NCBI GenBank assembly: GCA_037143995.1
Contig: JBAWXP010000001.1
Location: 1-44,460 of the forward strand
Direction: 5' to 3'
Length of the DNA stretch: 44,460 nt
Source of the DNA: Actinomycetota bacterium
Lineage (GTDB): Bacteria; Actinomycetota; Actinomycetes; Nanopelagicales; Nanopelagicaceae
Position 1 is the stretch's first letter; every line of letters begins with the position of its first letter. Shown here one piece after another: positions 42,413 through 44,460 of the stretch. The notes under the pieces were generated by a model. It was not told the DNA's origin. It ran no database searches and saw only the letters and a list, made by a program, of their open reading frames with translations. The position numbers and the translations under genes were made by a program.

Positions 42413-42442
42413 TTGCCATCTTAAAGGGTGAGATGCTAATAT
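42413..42442 (+). promoter_or_regulatory. Promoter of the IclR gene (-35 TTGCCA, 18 bp, -10 TAATAT) containing the inverted repeat CATCTTA-n5-TGAGATG
   Basis: Directly visible. The repeat (42417-42435) spans the spacer and abuts a divergent TGGCAATAT candidate -10 for leuC. Confidence 0.65.
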
Positions 42443-42448
42443 CACTCC

Positions 42449-43168
42449 GTGGATAAGAAGAATAGCGGAGTCGGCGTATTAGATAAAGCCGTAGGCATCC
42501 TTGCCACCCTCGAATCAGGGCCACATTCGCTGGCAGAACTGGTTGCCGCAACAGGAATCGCGCGTCCTACTGCTCACCGATTGGCTGTTGCACTTGAATT
42601 CCACCGCTTGGTAGCTCGCGATCTCAATGGTCGATTTATCTTGGGTCCACGTTCTGCAGAACTTGCAGCAGCTGCCGGTGAAGATCGCCTCATTGCTGCT
42701 GCTGCCCCAGCCCTTGCCGCCCTTCGCGATGCAACGGGTGAATCTGCGCAGTTATACCGCCGTCAGGGAGATATCCGCATCTGCGTTGCAGTTGCTGAAC
42801 GACTTTCAGGTTTACGTGACTCTGTCCCTGTTGGTGCATCTCTGACAATGCAGGCAGGATCGGCTGCACAAATTTTGATGGCGTGGGAAGACTCAGAGAA
42901 GATTCATCGCGGGTTAAAGAATGCCCGTTACACAGCGGCTCATCTGGCCGCCGATCGACGTCGCGGTTGGGCACAATCGGTCGGAGAGCGCGAAGCAGGT
43001 ATTGCATCTGTCTCTGCACCTGTTCGCGGCCCAAATGGAAAGGTAATTGCTGCAGTCTCTATTAGCGGACCGATTGAGCGTTTAGGTCGCCAGCCAGGTC
43101 GCCTACATGCAGCAGCGGTAGTTGCAACGGCTGAGCGTTTAACTGAGCATTTAAAGCAAGGTAAGTGA
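42449..43168 (+). CDS. ndgR: IclR-family regulator divergent from leuCD (NdgR/LtbR-like)
   Basis: [12 protein letters not shown] (RPTAHRLA), [27 protein letters not shown]; conserved synteny with leuC. Confidence 0.85.
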   Translation: MDKKNSGVGVLDKAVGILATLESGPHSLAELVAATGIARPTAHRLAVALEFHRLVARDLNGRFILGPRSAELAAAAGEDRLIAAAAPALAALRDATGESAQLYRRQGDIRICVAVAERLSGLRDSVPVGASLTMQAGSAAQILMAWEDSEKIHRGLKNARYTAAHLAADRRRGWAQSVGEREAGIASVSAPVRGPNGKVIAAVSISGPIERLGRQPGRLHAAAVVATAERLTEHLKQGK

Positions 43169-43169
43169 G

Positions 43170-43676
43170 TTAGTTATGTATCAGATCGAGTTCGCGTAAG
43201 ACCCTTGAAATAATCGTAAAGTTAAAACCCTTGCGGGCAAGTAGCGATTGAATACGTCGGATCTGCACATCTGGTTCTAGACGCGACATTGTGTTGAACT
43301 TCTTAAAGCCTAAATCGAAGGCTGCACGATATTCAGATTCATCATCGATACCGTCGAGGGCTTCATCGATCTGTTCTTGGGTGACGCCCTTCTGGCGAAG
43401 TTCGCCCGCGATAATGCGTTTAGAGATCTTCTTATGGTTATGGCGCGAAGTTGCCCACGCCGCTGCAAATTCGCGATCATTGATAAGTCCGCTCTCTTGC
43501 AGGCGAAATACGACAGCCTGCGCCACATCGTCTTCAACGCCGCGACTCTTAAGGTGAGCGAGAAGCTCGCCCTTACTTTTCGCTCTGGTCACAAGTGCGT
43601 TGAGCGCAAGTGTGTGAGCTACTTCGTAAGGGTCGGAGCCTTCGCCTCGTTCTACCTTTGCAAATTGCAGAGAAAT
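43170..43676 (-). CDS. recX: Recombination regulator RecX (start uncertain: ATT 43676, CTG 43670 or GTG 43592)
   Basis: DPYEVAHTLAL...KSKGELL, GLINDREFA, ELRQKGV, LARKGF; directly downstream of recA. Confidence 0.88.
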   Translation of the reverse strand: MSLQFAKVERGEGSDPYEVAHTLALNALVTRAKSKGELLAHLKSRGVEDDVAQAVVFRLQESGLINDREFAAAWATSRHNHKKISKRIIAGELRQKGVTQEQIDEALDGIDDESEYRAAFDLGFKKFNTMSRLEPDVQIRRIQSLLARKGFNFTIISRVLRELDLIHN

Positions 43677-44460
43677 TAGAAATCAACCTCTGCTGCTGCT
43701 TCATCGATCTCTGCGATCATCTCTGCATCAACTTCGACGGGTACGAAGCTGGCACGGATCTTAGATTCGATCTCATTGGCAAGATCTGGATTATCGATAA
43801 GGAATGCGCGTGAATTTTCCTTACCTTGACCGAGTTGATCGGCTTCGTAGGTATACCAAGCCCCTGATTTCTTTACGATACCGAGCTCAACGCCCATATC
43901 GAGAAGTGAACCTTCGCGAGAGATTCCGACGCCGTAGATGATGTCGAACTCAGCCTGCTTAAATGGTGGAGCCATCTTATTTTTAACGACCTTGACGCGT
44001 GTGCGGTTACCGACTGATTCAGTGCCCTCTTTAAGAGTTTCGATTCGTCGGATATCAAGGCGAACAGATGCGTAGAACTTAAGCGCCTTTCCACCTGTTG
44101 TTGTCTCAGGGGATCCGAAGAAGACGCCAATCTTTTCGCGGAGCTGGTTGATAAAGATTGCTGTTGTCTTTGATTGGTGAAGTGCACCAGTGATCTTACG
44201 AAGCGCTTGTGACATCAGACGTGCCTGAAGACCCATATGTGAATCGCCCATCTCGCCTTCGATTTCTGCGCGAGGTACAAGGGCTGCAACTGAGTCGACA
44301 ACGACGAGATCGAGAGCTCCGGAACGAATCAACATATCCATGATCTCGAGAGCTTGTTCGCCGGTATCTGGCTGTGAGACAAGGAGCGCATCGATATCGA
44401 CGCCAAGCTTCTTTGCATACTCTGCATCGAATGCATGCTCTGCATCGATGAAGGCGCAGA
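43676..44460 (-). CDS. recA: Recombinase RecA, 5'-truncated by the window edge
   Basis: [60 protein letters not shown]; no intein in the visible part. Confidence 0.98.
   Translation of the reverse strand, partial: CAFIDAEHAFDAEYAKKLGVDIDALLVSQPDTGEQALEIMDMLIRSGALDLVVVDSVAALVPRAEIEGEMGDSHMGLQARLMSQALRKITGALHQSKTTAIFINQLREKIGVFFGSPETTTGGKALKFYASVRLDIRRIETLKEGTESVGNRTRVKVVKNKMAPPFKQAEFDIIYGVGISREGSLLDMGVELGIVKKSGAWYTYEADQLGQGKENSRAFLIDNPDLANEIESKIRASFVPVEVDAEMIAEIDEAAAEVDF

Noticed and set aside
43676-44460. Possible intein in recA, as in some mycobacteria
   Set aside because: The visible RecA sequence is continuous and of normal length.

Overview
A gene-dense, moderate-GC stretch of core chromosome from an actinobacterium. 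Its compact layout and gene set fit a streamlined freshwater lineage such as acI/Nanopelagicales; that placement is an inference. About 45 housekeeping genes are present: fadA-fadB, dxs, acnA, a TRAM RNA methyltransferase, a trkA pair, dut, hflX-dapF-miaA-miaB, an acyl-ACP desaturase, trmD-rimM-khpA-rpsP-ffh, glnD-glnK-amtB, ftsY-smc-rnc-rpmF-yceD-sepIVA-coaD-rsmD-recG, rpmB, thiL, ddl-gpsA-plsC, hup, leuDC with a divergent IclR regulator, and recX-recA. I found no rRNA, tRNA, CRISPR array, prophage, transposase, defence island or new multi-gene system. The notable signals are regulatory and translational. At least 14 genes have a TANNNT -10 box 6-7 nt before the start codon, which suggests leaderless mRNAs. 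rnc and recX appear to start at non-canonical codons (CTG; ATT or CTG). There is a perfect 18-bp TamR-type palindrome before acnA, a GlnR box before amtB, structured leaders on rpsP, rpmB and amtB, and a repeated palindrome before hup. Convergent genes overlap or abut without terminators.
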